64,000 nucleotides of DNA, taken from contig NC_057720.1 of the NCBI RefSeq assembly GCF_004010195.1, positions 35,789,345-35,853,344 on the forward strand, written 5' to 3'. How positions within the stretch are numbered: position 1 is the first letter of the stretch; each line of letters starts with the position of its first letter. Below the pieces are notes generated by a model. It ran no database searches, was not told the origin of the DNA, and was given only the letters and a program-made list of their open reading frames with translations. Source of the DNA: Chiloscyllium plagiosum. Taxonomy: Eukaryota. Shown in pieces: positions 63,590-64,000 of the stretch. Made by a program: the position numbers and the translations under genes.

Positions 63590-64000
63590 CATTCATTCTT
63601 GCATGTGGCAATGCTGGTAAGCCAATACTTATTGCTCACCTCTAAGTATCCTTGAGTTGGTGCCAGTTCAATCATTGCAAGAATAGCAACTTGGTCCATT
63701 TGGTGGCTGTTCATTTCATAGGCAAGTATGTATATAGTCATTATGTAGCTGTGTATCAGGAATCACATATAAGTGAGACTAGGTAAGGATGGTAGTTTTA
63801 TTTCCCAGATAGGAAATTAGTGAACCAGATGGATTTTTATAACAACTTAGAGGTTTGATGATCACTATTACTAATACCAGTTTTTTTAATATTCTGGATT
63901 TATTTAATTAACTGAATTTAAAACCTGCCTCTGCAGCAGTTTTTAAATTCATGTTGGTAGGTTATCAGTGCAGGCACATGGATTATTGATGCAGTAACAT
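63590..64000 (-). mobile_element. Old SINE (second family), decayed
   Basis: ttagtgaaccagatggattttt...gaatttaaa is shared with the 55090 and 6495 copies. Confidence 0.55.

Overview
Vertebrate genomic DNA, almost certainly an elasmobranch (shark): it carries HE1-type V-SINEs, many CR1 LINEs and Penelope-like elements (PLEs). The window is nearly all intronic. One clear host coding exon is present on the + strand (18457-18583, KKKATLYDTQAPICPICQVLLRPNELQDHMEQELEKL), recognised as RNF220 or a close paralog; the ORF track missed it. The rest is decayed CR1, RTE, L2 and Gypsy fragments, tRNA-derived SINEs and several repeat-free blocks that look like conserved enhancers. The most striking signal is a set of about 10 short PLE-derived insertions from several families. 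They carry minimal type-I hammerhead ribozyme cores (CUGANGA-stem II-GAAAC-GUC). The best-preserved ones share one architecture: a long inverted repeat, a 34-37 bp unpaired tail, a 13-14 bp target-site duplication (TSD), and a 5' boundary at the start of the ribozyme. The RNF220 exon also begins with GTAAGA, a recursive-splice-site configuration. All family assignments come from pattern recognition; no database search was run.
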